DNA from: Eledone cirrhosa
Taxonomy: Eukaryota
Length of the DNA stretch: 64,000 nt
Assembly: GCA_964016885.1 (NCBI GenBank)
Contig: OZ024741.1
Location: 415,710,001 to 415,774,000 of the forward strand
Direction of reading: 5' to 3'
A program made the translations under genes and the position numbers. Of this stretch, positions 41,050 through 56,240 are shown one piece after another. Within the stretch, counting starts at the first letter, position 1. Each line of letters starts with the position of its first letter. A model generated the notes under the pieces. That model did no database searches, was not told where the DNA came from, and saw only the letters and a list, made by a program, of their open reading frames with translations.

Positions 41050-44000
41050 GGTCTCTGTTATATTAACTGGGGTCTCTATTATATTAACTGGGGTCTCTGT
41101 TATATTAACTGAGGTCTCTGTTATATTAACTGGGGCCTCTGTTATATTAAATGGGGTCTCTGATATATTAACTGGGGTCTCTGTTATATTAACTGGGGCC
41201 TCTGTTATATTAACTGGGGCCTCTGTTATATTAACTGGGGCCTCTGTTATATTAAATGGGGTCTCTGTTATATTAACTGGCGCCTCTGTTATATTAACTG
41301 GGGCCTCTGTTATATTAACTGGGGCCTCTGTTATATTAACTGGGGTCTCTGTTATATTAACTAGGGTCTCTGTTATATTAAATGGGGTCTCTGTTATATT
41401 AACTGGGGTCTCTGTTATATTAACTGGTGCCTCTGTTATATTAACTGGGGTCTCTGTTATATTAACTGGGGCCTCTGTTATATTAACTGGGGCCTCTGTT
41501 ATATTAAATGGGGTCTCTGATATATTAACTGGGGCCTCCGTTATATTAACTGGGGTCTCTGTTATATTAACTGGGGTCTCTGTTATCTTAAATGGGGTTT
41601 CTGTTATATTAACTGGGGTCTCTGTTATATTAACTGGGGCCTCTGTTATATTAACTGGGGCCTCCATTATATTAACTGGGGTCTCTGTTATATTAACTGG
41701 GGTCTCTGTTATCTTAAATGGGGTTTCTGTTATATTAACTGGGGTCTCTGTTATATTAACTGGTGCCTCTGTTATATTAACTGGGGTCTCTGTTATATTA
41801 ACTGGGGCCTCTGTTATATTAACTGGGGTCTCTGTTATATTAACTGGGCCCTCTGTTATATTAACTGGGGCCTCTGTTATATTAACTGGGGCCTCTGTTA
41901 TATTAAATGGGGTCTCTGTTATATTAACTGGCGCCTCTGTTATATTAACTGGGGCCTCTGTTATATTAACTGGGGTCTCTGTTATATTAACTAGGGTCTC
42001 TGTTATATTAAATGGGGTCTCTGTTATATTAACTGGGGTCTCTGTTATATTAACTGGTGCCTCTGTTATATTAACTGGGGTCTCTGTTATATTAACTGGG
42101 GTCTCTGTTATATTAACTGGGGCCTCTGTTATATTAACTGGGGTCTCTGCTATATTAACTGGGGTCTCTGTTATATTAACTGGGGTATGTTATATTAACT
42201 GGGGTCTCTGTAATATTAACTGGGGTCTCTATTATATTAACTGGGGTCTCTGTTATATTAACTGGGGCCTCTGTTATATTAACTGGGGCCTCTGTTATAT
42301 TAACTGGGGTCTCTGTTATATTAACTAGGGTCTCTGTTATATTAAATGGGGTCTCTGTTATATTAACTGGGGTTTCTGTTATATTAACTGGTGCCTCTGT
42401 TATATTAACTGGGGTCTCTGTTATATTAACTGGGGTCTCTGTTATATTAACTGGGGCCTCTGTTATATTAACTGGGGTCTCTGTTATATTAACTGGGGTC
42501 TCTGTTATATTAACTGGGGCCTCTGTTATATTAACTGGGGTCTCTGTTATATTAACTGGGGTCTCTGTTATATTAACTGGGGTCTCTATTATATTAACTG
42601 GGGTCTCTGTTATATTAACTGAGGTCTCTGTTATATTAACTGGGGCCTCTGTTATATTAAATGGGGTCTCTGATATATTAACTGGGGTCTCTGTTATATT
42701 AACTGGGGCCTCTGTTATATTAACTGGGGCCTCTGTTATATTAACTGGGGCCTCTGTTATATTAAATGGGGTCTCTGTTATATTAACTGGCGCCTCTGTT
42801 ATATTAACTGGGGCCTCTGTTATATTAACTGGGGCCTCTGTTATATTAACTGGGGTCTCTGTTATATTAACTAGGGTCTCTGTTATATTAAATGGGGTCT
42901 CTGTTATATTAACTGGGGTCTCTGTTATATTAACTGGTGCCTCTGTTATATTAACTGGGGTCTCTGTTATATTAACTGGGGCCTCTGTTATATTAACTGG
43001 GGCCTCTGTTATATTAAATGGGGTCTCTGATATATTAACTGGGGCCTCCGTTATATTAACTGGGGTCTCTGTTATATTAACTGGGGTCTCTGTTATCTTA
43101 AATGGGGTTTCTGTTATATTAACTGGGGTCTCTGTTATATTAACTGGGGCCTCTGTTATATTAACTGGGGCCTCCATTATATTAACTGGGGTCTCTGTTA
43201 TATTAACTGGGGTCTCTGTTATCTTAAATGGGGTTTCTGTTATATTAACTGGGGTCTCTGTTATATTAACTGGTGCCTCTGTTATATTAACTGGGGTCTC
43301 TGTTATATTAACTGGGGCCTCTGTTATATTAACTGGGGTCTCTGTTATATTAACTGGGCCCTCTGTTATATTAACTGGGGCCTCTGTTATATTAACTGGG
43401 GCCTCTGTTATATTAAATGGGGTCTCTGTTATATTAACTGGCGCCTCTGTTATATTAACTGGGGCCTCTGTTATATTAACTGGGGTCTCTGTTATATTAA
43501 CTAGGGTCTCTGTTATATTAAATGGGGTCTCTGTTATATTAACTGGGGTCTCTGTTATATTAACTGGTGCCTCTGTTATATTAACTGGGGTCTCTGTTAT
43601 ATTAACTGGGGTCTCTGTTATATTAACTGGGGCCTCTGTTATATTAACTGGGGTCTCTGCTATATTAACTGGGGTCTCTGTTATATTAACTGGGGTATGT
43701 TATATTAACTGGGGTCTCTGTAATATTAACTGGGGTCTCTATTATATTAACTGGGGTCTCTGTTATATTAACTGGGGCCTCTGTTATATTAACTGGGGCC
43801 TCTGTTATATTAACTGGGGTCTCTGTTATATTAACTAGGGTCTCTGTTATATTAAATGGGGTCTCTGTTATATTAACTGGGGTTTCTGTTATATTAACTG
43901 GTGCCTCTGTTATATTAACTGGGGTCTCTGTTATATTAACTGGGGTCTCTGTTATATTAACTGGGGCCTCTGTTATATTAACTGGGGTCTCTGTTATATT
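41050..44000. repeat. Internal tandem duplication, unit 1,510 bp
   Basis: Minus-strand ORF starts at 41667 and 43177 (GCCTCCATT marker) are offset by 1510, with the same flanking variant order. Confidence 0.75.
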
Positions 44001-47000
44001 AACTGGGGCCTCTGTTATATTAACTGGGGTCTCTGTTATATTAACTGGTGCCTCTGTTATATTAACTGGGGTCTCTGTAATATTAACTGGGGTCTCTATT
44101 ATATTAACTGGGGTGTCTGTTATATTAACTGGGGCCTCTGTTATATTAACTGGGGTCTCTGTTATATTAACTGGGGCCTCTGTTATATTAACTGGGGCCT
44201 CTGTTATATTAACTGGGGTCTCTGTTATATTAACTGGGGTCTCTGTTATCTTAAATGGGGTTTCTGTTATATTAACTGGGGTCTCTGTTATATTAACTGG
44301 TGCCTCTGTTATATTAACTGGGGTCTCTGTTATATTAACTGGGGCCTCTGTTATATTAAATGGGGTCTCTGATATATTAACTGGGGTCTCTGTTATATTA
44401 ACTGGGGCCTCTGTTATATTAACTGGGGCCTCTGTTATATTAACTGGGGCCTCTGTTATATTAAATGGGGTCTCTGTTATATTAACTGGCGCCTCTGTTA
44501 TATTAACTGGGGCCTCTGTTATATTAACTGGGGCCTCTGTTATATTAACTGGGGTCTCTGTTATATTAACTAGGGTCTCTGTTATATTAAATGGGGTCTC
44601 TGTTATATTAACTGGGGCCTCTGTTATATTAACTGGGGCCTCTGTTATATTAAATGGGGTCTCTGATATATTAACTGGGGCCTCCGTTATATTAACTGGG
44701 GTCTCTGTTATATTAACTGGGGTCTCTGTTATCTTAAATGGGGTTTCTGTTATATTAACTGGGGTCTCTGTTATATTAACTGGGGCCTCTGTTATATTAA
44801 CTGGGGCCTCTGTTATATTAACTGGGGGCTCTGTTATATTAACTGGGCTCTCTGTTTTATTAACTGGGGTCTCTGTTATATTAACTGAGGTCTCTGTTAT
44901 ATTAACTGGGGTCTCTGTTATATTAACTGAGGTCTCTGTTATATTAACTGGGGTCTCTATTATATTAACTGGGGTCTCTGTTCTATTAACTGAGGTCTCT
45001 GTTATATTAACTGGGGTATGTTATATTAACTGGGGTCTCTGTTATATTAACTGGGTTCTCTGTTATATTAACTGGGGTATGTTATATTAACTGGGGTCTC
45101 TGTTATATTAACTGGGGTCTCTGTTATATTAACTGGGGTATGTTATATTAACTGGGGTCTCTGTAATATTAACTCGGGCCTCTGTTATATTAACTGGGGC
45201 CTCTGATATATTAAATGGGGTCTCTGATATATTAACTGGGTTCTCTGTTATATTAACTGGGGTATGTTATATTAACTGGGGTCTCTGTTATATTAACTGG
45301 GGTATATTATATTAACTGGGGTCTCTGTTATATTAACTGGGGCCTCTGTTATATTAACTGGGGCCTCTGTTATATTAACTGGGGCCTCTGTTATATTAAC
45401 TGGGGTCTCTGTTATATTAACTGGGGTCTCTGTTATATTAACTGGGGCCTCTGTTATATTAACTGGGGCCTCTGTTATATTAACTGGGGCCTCTGTTATA
45501 TTAAATGGGGTCTCTGTTATATTAACTGGCGCCTCTGTTATATTAACTGGGGTATGTTATATTAACTGGGGTCTCTGTAATATTAACTGGGGTCTCTATT
45601 ATATTAACTGGGGTCTCTGTTATATTAACTGGGGTCTCTGTTATATTAACTGGGGTCTCTGTAATATTAACTGGGGTCTCTATTATATTAACTGGGTTCT
45701 CTGTTATATTAACTGGGGCCTCTGTTATATTAACTGGGGTCTCTGTTATATTAACTGGGGTCTCTGTTATATTAACTGGAATCGCTGTTATATTAACTGG
45801 GGCCTCTGTTATATTAACTGGGGTCTCTGTTATATTAACTGGGGTCTCTGTTATATTAACTGGGGCCTCAGTTATATTAACTGGGCTCTCTGTTTTATTA
45901 ACTGGGGTCTCTGTTATATTAACTGAAGTCTCTGTTATATTAACTGGGGTCTCTGTTATGTTAACTGAGGTCTCTGTTATATTATCTGGGGTCTCTATTA
46001 TATTAACTGGGGTCTCTGTTATATTAACTGGGGTCTCTGTTATATTAACTGGGGTATGTTATATTAACTGGGGTCTCTGTTATATTAACTGGGTTCTCTG
46101 TTATATTAACTGGGGTATGTTATATTAACTGGGGTCTCTGTTATATTAACTGGGGTCTCTGTTATATTAACTGGGGTATGTTATATTAACTGGGGTCCCT
46201 GTAATATTAACTGGGGCCTCTGTTATATTAACTGGGGCCTCTGTTATATTAAATGGGGTCTCTGTTATATTAGCTGGGGCCTCTGTTATATTAACTGGGG
46301 TCTCTGTTACATTAAATGGGGTCTCTGTATATTAACTGGGGCCTCTGTAATATTAACTGGGGTCTGTTATATTAACTGGGGTCTCTGTTATATTAACTGG
46401 GGTCTCTGTTATATTAACTGGGGTCTCTATTACATTAACTAGGGTCTCTGTTATATTAACTGGGGCCTCTGTTATATTAACTGGGGCCTCTGTTATATTA
46501 AATGGGGTCTCTGTTATATTAACTGGCGCCTCTGTTATATTAACTGGGGCCTCTGTTATATTAACTGGGGCCTCTGTTATATTAACTGGGGTCTCTGATA
46601 TATTAACTAGGGTCTCTGTTATATTAAATGGGGTCTCTATTATATTAACTGGGGTCTCTGTTATATTAACTGGTGCCTCTGTTATATTAACTGGGGTCTC
46701 TGTTATATTAACTGGGGCCTCTGTTATATTAACTGGGGTCTCTGTTATATGAACTGGGGTATGTTATATTAACTGGGGTCTCTGTAATATTAACTGGGGT
46801 CTCTATTATATTAACTGGGGTCTCTGTTATATTAACTGGGGCCTCTGTTATATTAACTGGGGCCTCTGTTATATTAACTGGGGTCTCTGTTATATTAACT
46901 AGGGTCTCTGTTATATTAAATGGGGTCTCTGTTATATTAACTGGGGTCTCTGTTATATTAACTGGTGCCTCTGTTATATTAACTGGGGTCTCTGTTATAT

Positions 47001-47779
47001 TAACTGGGGCCTCTGTTATATTAACTGGGGCCTCTGTTATATTAACTGGGGTCTCTGTTATATTAACTGGGGTCTCTGTTATATTAACTGGGGTATGTTA
47101 TATTAACTGGGGTCTCTGTTATATTAACTGGGGCCACTGTTATATTAACTGGGGCCTCTGTTATATTAACTGGGGCCTCTGTTATATTAAATGGGGTCTC
47201 TGATATATTAACTGGGGTCTCTGTTATATTAACTGGGCCATCTGTTATATTAACTGGGGCCTCTGTTATATTAACTGGGGCCTCTGTTATATTAAATGGG
47301 GTCTCTGTTATATTAACTGGCGCCTCTGTTATATTAACTGGGGCCTCTGTTATATTAACTGGGGCCTCTGTTATATTAACTGGGGTCTCTGTTATATTAA
47401 CTAGGGTCTCTGTTATATTAAATGGGGTCTCTGTTATATTAACTGGGGTCTCTGTTATATTAACTGGTGCCTCTGTTATATTAACTGGGGTCTCTGTTAT
47501 ATTAACTGGGGCCTCTCTTATATTAACTGGGGCCTCTGTTATATTAACTGGGGTCTCTGCTATATTAACTGGGGTCTCTGTTATATTAACTGGGGTATGT
47601 TATATTAACTGGGGTCTCTGTAATATTAACTGGGGTCTCTATTATATTAACTGGGGTCTCTGTTATATTAACTGGGGCCCCTGTTATATTAACTGGGGCC
47701 TCTGTTATATTAACTGGGGTCTCTGTTATATTAACTAGGGTCTCTGTTATATTAAATGGGGTCTCTGTTATATTAACTG

Positions 47780-50700
47780 GGGTTTCTGTTATATTAACTG
47801 GGGTCTCTGTTATATTAACTGGTGCCTCTGTTATATTAACTGGGGTCTCTGTAATATTAACTGGGGTCTCTATTATATTAACTGGGGTGTCTGTTATATT
47901 AACTGGGGCCTCTGTTATATTAACTGGGGTCTCTGTTATATTAACTGGGGCCTCTGTTATATTAACTGGGGCCTCTGTTATATTAACTGGGGCCTCCATT
48001 ATATTAACTGGGGTCTCTGTTATATTAACTAGGGTCTCTGTTATCTTAAATGGGGTTTCTGTTATATTAACTGGGGCCTCTGTTATATTAACTGGGGCCT
48101 CTGTTATATTAACTGGGGCCTCTGTTATATTAAATGGGGTCTCTGTTATATTAACTGGGGCCTCTGTTATATTAACTGGGGCCTCTGTTATATTAACTGG
48201 GGTCTCTGTTATATTAACTAGGGTCTCTGTTATATTAAATGGGGTCTCTGTTATATTAACTGGGGTCTCTGTTATATTAACTGGTGCCTCTGTTATATTA
48301 ACTGGGGCCTCTGTTATATTAAATGGGGTCTCTGATATATTAACTGGGGTCTCTGTTATATTAACTGGGGCCTCTGTTATATTAACTGGGGCCTCTGTTA
48401 TATTAACTGGGGCCTCTGTTATATTAAATGGGGTCTCTGTTATATTAACTGGGGCCTCTGTTATATTAACTGGGGCCTCTGTTATATTAACTGGGGTCTC
48501 TGTTATATTAACTAGGGTCTCTGTTATATTAAATGGGGTCTCTGTTATATTAACTGGGGTCTCTGTTATATTAACTGGTGCCTCTGTTATATTAACTGGG
48601 GTCTCTGTTATATTAACTGGGGCCTCTGTTATATTAACTGGGGTCTCTGTTATATTAACTGGGGTATGTTATATTAACTGGAGTCTCTGTAATATTAACT
48701 GGGGTCTCTATTATATTAACTGGGGTCTCTGTTATATTAACTGGGGCCTCTGTTATATTAACTGGTGCCTCTGTTATATTAACTGGGGTCTCTGTTATAT
48801 TAACTAGGGTCTCTGTTATATTAAATGGGGTCTGTGTTATATTAACTGGGGTCTCTGTTATATTAACTGGTGCCTCTGTTATATTAACTGGGGTCTCTGT
48901 TATATTAACTGGGGCCTCTGTTATATTAACTGGGGCCTCTGTTATATTAACCGGGGTCTCTGTTATATTAACTGGGGTCTCTGTTATATTAACTGGGGTA
49001 TGTTATATTAACTGGGGTCTCTGTTATATTAACTGGGGCCACTGTTATATTAACTGGGGCCTCTGTTATATTAACTGGGGCCTCTGTTATATTAAATGGG
49101 GTCTCTGATATATTAACTGGGGTCTCTGTTATATTAACTGGGCCCTCTGTTATATTAACTGGGGCCTCTGTTATATTAACTGGGGCCTCTGTTATATTAA
49201 ATGGGGTCTCTGTTATATTAACTGGCGCCTCTGTTATATTAACTGGGGCCTCTGTTATATTAACTGGGGTCTCTGTTATATTAACTAGGGTCTCTGTTAT
49301 ATTAAATGGGGTCTCTGTTATATTAACTGGGGTCTCTGTTATATTAACTGGTGCCTCTGTTATATTAACTGGGGTCTCTGTTATATTAACTGGGGCCTCT
49401 GTTATATTAACTGGGGCCTCTGTTATATTAACTGGGGTCTCTGCTATATTAACTGGGGTCTCTGTTATATTAACTGGGGTATGTTATATTAACTGGGGTC
49501 TCTGTAATATTAACTGGGGTCTCTATTATATTAACTGGGGTCTCTGTTATATTAACTGGGGCCTCTGTTATATTAACTGGGGCCTCTGTTATATTAACTG
49601 GGGTCTCTGTTATATTAACTAGGGTCTCTGTTATATTAAATGGGGTCTCTGTTATATTAACTGGGGTTTCTGTTATATTAACTGGTGCCTCTGTTATATT
49701 AACTGGGGTCTCTGTTATATTAACTGGGGTCTCTGTTATATTAACTGGGGTCTCTGTTATATTAACTGGGGTCTCTGTTATATTAACTGGGGCCTCTGTT
49801 ATATTAACTGGGGTCTCTGTTATATTAACTGGTGCCTCTGTTATATTAACTGGGGTCTCTGTAATATTAACTGGGGTCTCTATTATATTAACTGGGGTGT
49901 CTGTTATATTAACTGGGGCCTCTGTTATATTAACTGGGGTCTCTGTTATATTAACTGGGGCCTCTGTTATATTAACTGGGGCCTCTGTTATATTAACTGG
50001 GGCCTCCATTATATTAACTGGGGTCTCTGTTATATTAACTGGGGTCTCTGTTATCTTAAATGGGGTTTCTGTTATATTAACTGGGGTCTCTGTTATATTA
50101 ACTGGTGCCTCTGTTATATTAACTGGGGTCTCTGTTATATTAACTGGGGCCTCTGTTATATTAACTGGGGTCTCTGTTATATTAACTGGGGCCTCTGTTA
50201 TATTAACTGGGCTCTCTGTTTTATTAACTGGGGTCTCTGTTATATTAACTGAGGTCTCTGTTATATTAACTGGGGTCTCTGTTATATTAACCTAGGTCTC
50301 TGTTATATTAACTGGGGTCTCTATTATATTAACTGGGGTCTCTGTTATATTAACTGAGGTCTCTGTTATATTAACTGGGGCCTCTGTTATATTAAATGGG
50401 GTCTCTGATATATTAACTGGGGTCTCTGTTATATTAACTGGGGCCTCTGTTATATTAACTGGGGCCTCTGTTATATTAACTGGGGCCTCTGTTATATTAA
50501 ATGGGGTCTCTGTTATATTAACTGGCGCCTCTGTTATATTAACTGGGGCCTCTGTTATATTAACTGGGGCCTCTGTTATATTAACTGGGGTCTCTGTTAT
50601 ATTAACTAGGGTCTCTGTTATATTAAATGGGGTCTCTGTTATATTAACTGGGGTCTCTGTTATATTAACTGGTGCCTCTGTTATATTAACTGGGGTCTCT

Positions 50701-53700
50701 GTTATATTAACTGGGGCCTCTGTTATATTAACTGGGGCCTCTGTTATATTAAATGGGGGCTCTGTTATATTAACTGGGCTCTCTGTTTTATTAACTGGGG
50801 TCTCTGTTATATTAACTGAGGTCTCTGTTATATTAACTGGGGTCTCTATTATATTAACTGGGGTCTCTGTTCTATTAACTGAGGTCTCTGTTATATTAAC
50901 TGGGGTATGTTATATTAACTGGGGTCTCTGTTATATTAACTGGGTTCTCTGTTATATTAACTGGGGTATGTTATATTAACTGGGGTCTCTGTTATATTAA
51001 CTGGGGTCTCTGTTATATTAACTGGGGTATGTTATATTAACTGGGGTCTCTGTAATATTAACTCGGGCCTCTGTTATATTAACTGGGGCCTCTGATATAT
51101 TAAATGGGGTCTCTGATATATTAACTGGGTTCTCTGTTATATTAACTGGGGTATGTTATATTAACTGGGGTCTCTGTTATATTAACTGGGGTATATTATA
51201 TTAACTGGGGTCTCTGTTATATTAACTGGGGCCTCTGTTATATTAACTGGGGCCTCTGTTATATTAACTGGGGCCTCTGTTATATTAACTGGGGTCTCTG
51301 TTATATTAACTGGGGTCTCTGTTATATTAACTGGGGCCTCTGTTATATTAACTGGGGCCTCTGTTATATTAACTGGGGCCTCTGTTATATTAAATGGGGT
51401 CTCTGTTATATTAACTGGCGCCTCTGTTATATTAACTGGGGTATGTTATATTAACTGGGGTCTCTGTAATATTAACTGGGGTCTCTATTATATTAACTGG
51501 GGTCTCTGTTATATTAACTGGGGTCTCTGTTATATTAACTGGGGTCTCTGTAATATTAACTGGGGTCTCTATTATATTAACTGGGTTCTCTGTTATATTA
51601 ACTGGGGCCTCTGTTATATTAACTGGGGTCTCTGTTATATTAACTGGGGTCTCTGTTATATTAACTGGAATCGCTGTTATATTAACTGGGGCCTCTGTTA
51701 TATTAACTGGGGTCTCTGTTATATTAACTGGGGTCTCTGTTATATTAACTGGGGCCTCAGTTATATTAACTGGGCTCTCTGTTTTATTAACTGGGGTCTC
51801 TGTTATATTAACTGAAGTCTCTGTTATATTAACTGGGGTCTCTGTTATGTTAACTGAGGTCTCTGTTATATTATCTGGGGTCTCTATTATATTAACTGGG
51901 GTCTCTGTTATATTAACTGGGGTCTCTGTTATATTAACTGGGGTATGTTATATTAACTGGGGTCTCTGTTATATTAACTGGGTTCTCTGTTATATTAACT
52001 GGGGTATGTTATATTAACTGGGGTCTCTGTTATATTAACTGGGGTCTCTGTTATATTAACTGGTGCCTCTGTTATATTAACTGGGGTCTCTGTAATATTA
52101 ACTGGGGTCTCTATTATATTAACTGGGGTGTCTGTTATATTAACTGGGGCCTCTGTTATATTAACTGGGGTCTCTGTTATATTAACTGGGGCCTCTGTTA
52201 TATTAACTGGGGCCTCTGTTATATTAACTGGGGCCTCCATTATATTAACTGGGGTCTCTGTTATATTAACTAGGGTCTCTGTTATCTTAAATGGGGTTTC
52301 TGTTATATTAACTGGGGCCTCTGTTATATTAACTGGGGCCTCTGTTATATTAACTGGGGCCTCTGTTATATTAAATGGGGTCTCTGTTATATTAACTGGG
52401 GCCTCTGTTATATTAACTGGGGCCTCTGTTATATTAACTGGGGTCTCTGTTATATTAACTAGGGTCTCTGTTATATTAAATGGGGTCTCTGTTATATTAA
52501 CTGGGGTCTCTGTTATATTAACTGGTGCCTCTGTTATATTAACTGGGGCCTCTGTTATATTAAATGGGGTCTCTGATATATTAACTGGGGTCTCTGTTAT
52601 ATTAACTGGGGCCTCTGTTATATTAACTGGGGCCTCTGTTATATTAACTGGGGCCTCTGTTATATTAAATGGGGTCTCTGTTATATTAACTGGGGCCTCT
52701 GTTATATTAACTGGGGCCTCTGTTATATTAACTGGGGTCTCTGTTATATTAACTAGGGTCTCTGTTATATTAAATGGGGTCTCTGTTATATTAACTGGGG
52801 TCTCTGTTATATTAACTGGTGCCTCTGTTATATTAACTGGGGTCTCTGTTATATTAACTGGGGCCTCTGTTATATTAACTGGGGTCTCTGTTATATTAAC
52901 TGGGGTATGTTATATTAACTGGAGTCTCTGTAATATTAACTGGGGTCTCTATTATATTAACTGGGGTCTCTGTTATATTAACTGGGGCCTCTGTTATATT
53001 AACTGGTGCCTCTGTTATATTAACTGGGGTCTCTGTTATATTAACTAGGGTCTCTGTTATATTAAATGGGGTCTGTGTTATATTAACTGGGGTCTCTGTT
53101 ATATTAACTGGTGCCTCTGTTATATTAACTGGGGTCTCTGTTATATTAACTGGGGCCTCTGTTATATTAACTGGGGCCTCTGTTATATTAACCGGGGTCT
53201 CTGTTATATTAACTGGGGTCTCTGTTATATTAACTGGGGTATGTTATATTAACTGGGGTCTCTGTTATATTAACTGGGGCCACTGTTATATTAACTGGGG
53301 CCTCTGTTATATTAACTGGGGCCTCTGTTATATTAAATGGGGTCTCTGATATATTAACTGGGGTCTCTGTTATATTAACTGGGCCCTCTGTTATATTAAC
53401 TGGGGCCTCTGTTATATTAACTGGGGCCTCTGTTATATTAAATGGGGTCTCTGTTATATTAACTGGCGCCTCTGTTATATTAACTGGGGCCTCTGTTATA
53501 TTAACTGGGGTCTCTGTTATATTAACTAGGGTCTCTGTTATATTAAATGGGGTCTCTGTTATATTAACTGGGGTCTCTGTTATATTAACTGGTGCCTCTG
53601 TTATATTAACTGGGGTCTCTGTTATATTAACTGGGGCCTCTGTTATATTAACTGGGGCCTCTGTTATATTAACTGGGGTCTCTGCTATATTAACTGGGGT

Positions 53701-56240
53701 CTCTGTTATATTAACTGGGGTATGTTATATTAACTGGGGTCTCTGTAATATTAACTGGGGTCTCTATTATATTAACTGGGGTCTCTGTTATATTAACTGG
53801 GGCCTCTGTTATATTAACTGGGGCCTCTGTTATATTAACTGGGGTCTCTGTTATATTAACTAGGGTCTCTGTTATATTAAATGGGGTCTCTGTTATATTA
53901 ACTGGGGTTTCTGTTATATTAACTGGTGCCTCTGTTATATTAACTGGGGTCTCTGTTATATTAACTGGGGTCTCTGTTATATTAACTGGGGTCTCTGTTA
54001 TATTAACTGGGGTCTCTGTTATATTAACTGGGGCCTCTGTTATATTAACTGGGGTCTCTGTTATATTAACTGGTGCCTCTGTTATATTAACTGGGGTCTC
54101 TGTAATATTAACTGGGGTCTCTATTATATTAACTGGGGTGTCTGTTATATTAACTGGGGCCTCTGTTATATTAACTGGGGTCTCTGTTATATTAACTGGG
54201 GCCTCTGTTATATTAACTGGGGCCTCTGTTATATTAACTGGGGCCTCCATTATATTAACTGGGGTCTCTGTTATATTAACTGGGGTCTCTGTTATCTTAA
54301 ATGGGGTTTCTGTTATATTAACTGGGGTCTCTGTTATATTAACTGGTGCCTCTGTTATATTAACTGGGGTCTCTGTTATATTAACTGGGGCCTCTGTTAT
54401 ATTAACTGGGGTCTCTGTTATATTAACTGGGGCCTCTGTTATATTAACTGGGCTCTCTGTTTTATTAACTGGGGTCTCTGTTATATTAACTGAGGTCTCT
54501 GTTATATTAACTGGGGTCTCTGTTATATTAACCTAGGTCTCTGTTATATTAACTGGGGTCTCTATTATATTAACTGGGGTCTCTGTTATATTAACTGAGG
54601 TCTCTGTTATATTAACTGGGGCCTCTGTTATATTAAATGGGGTCTCTGATATATTAACTGGGGTCTCTGTTATATTAACTGGGGCCTCTGTTATATTAAC
54701 TGGGGCCTCTGTTATATTAACTGGGGCCTCTGTTATATTAAATGGGGTCTCTGTTATATTAACTGGCGCCTCTGTTATATTAACTGGGGCCTCTGTTATA
54801 TTAACTGGGGCCTCTGTTATATTAACTGGGGTCTCTGTTATATTAACTAGGGTCTCTGTTATATTAAATGGGGTCTCTGTTATATTAACTGGGGTCTCTG
54901 TTATATTAACTGGTGCCTCTGTTATATTAACTGGGGTCTCTGTTATATTAACTGGGGCCTCTGTTATATTAACTGGGGCCTCTGTTATATTAAATGGGGG
55001 CTCTGTTATATTAACTGGGCTCTCTGTTATATTAACTGAGGTCTCTGTTATATTAACTGGGGTCTCTATTATATTAACTGGGGTCTCTGTTCTATTAACT
55101 GAGGTCTCTGTTATATTAACTGGGGTATGTTATATTAACTGGGGTCTCTGTTATATTAACTGGGTTCTCTGTTATATTAACTGGGGTATGTTATATTAAC
55201 TGGGGTCTCTGTTATATTAACTGGGGTCTCTGTTATATTAACTGGGGTATGTTATATTAACTGGGGTCTCTGTAATATTAACTCGGGCCTCTGTTATATT
55301 AACTGGGGCCTCTGATATATTAAATGGGGTCTCTGATATATTAACTGGGTTCTCTGTTATATTAACTGGGGTATGTTATATTAACTGGGGTCTCTGTTAT
55401 ATTAACTGGGGTATATTATATTAACTGGGGTCTCTGTTATATTAACTGGGGCCTCTGTTATATTAACTGGGGCCTCTGTTATATTAACTGGGGCCTCTGT
55501 TATATTAACTGGGGTCTCTGTTATATTAACTGGGGTCTCTGTTATATTAACTGGGGCCTCTGTTATATTAACTGGGGCCTCTGTTATATTAACTGGGGCC
55601 TCTGTTATATTAAATGGGGTCTCTGTTATATTAACTGGCGCCTCTGTTATATTAACTGGGGTATGTTATATTAACTGGGGTCTCTGTAATATTAACTGGG
55701 GTCTCTATTATATTAACTGGGGTCTCTGTTATATTAACTGGGGTCTCTGTTATATTAACTGGGGTCTCTGTAATATTAACTGGGGTCTCTATTATATTAA
55801 CTGGGTTCTCTGTTATATTAACTGGGGCCTCTGTTATATTAACTGGGGTCTCTGTTATATTAACTGGGGTCTCTGTTATATTAACTGGAATCGCTGTTAT
55901 ATTAACTGGGGCCTCTGTTATATTAACTGGGGTCTCTGTTATATTAACTGGGGTCTCTGTTATATTAACTGGGGCCTCAGTTATATTAACTGGGCTCTCT
56001 GTTTTATTAACTGGGGTCTCTGTTATATTAACTGAAGTCTCTGTTATATTAACTGGGGTCTCTGTTATGTTAACTGAGGTCTCTGTTATATTATCTGGGG
56101 TCTCTATTATATTAACTGGGGTCTCTGTTATATTAACTGGGGTCTCTGTTATATTAACTGGGGTATGTTATATTAACTGGGGTCTCTGTTATATTAACTG
56201 GGTTCTCTGTTATATTAACTGGGGTATGTTATATTAACTG
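47780..56240. repeat. Tandem duplication, unit about 4.22-4.24 kb (about 47780-52020 and 52020-56240)
   Basis: ORF pairs 47887/52128, 49470/53711 and 49897/54138 are offset by 4241. Downstream markers 51062/55282 and 51670/55890 are offset by 4220, one monomer fewer. The private ACCTAGG variant is in both copies (about 50290/54531). Confidence 0.88.
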
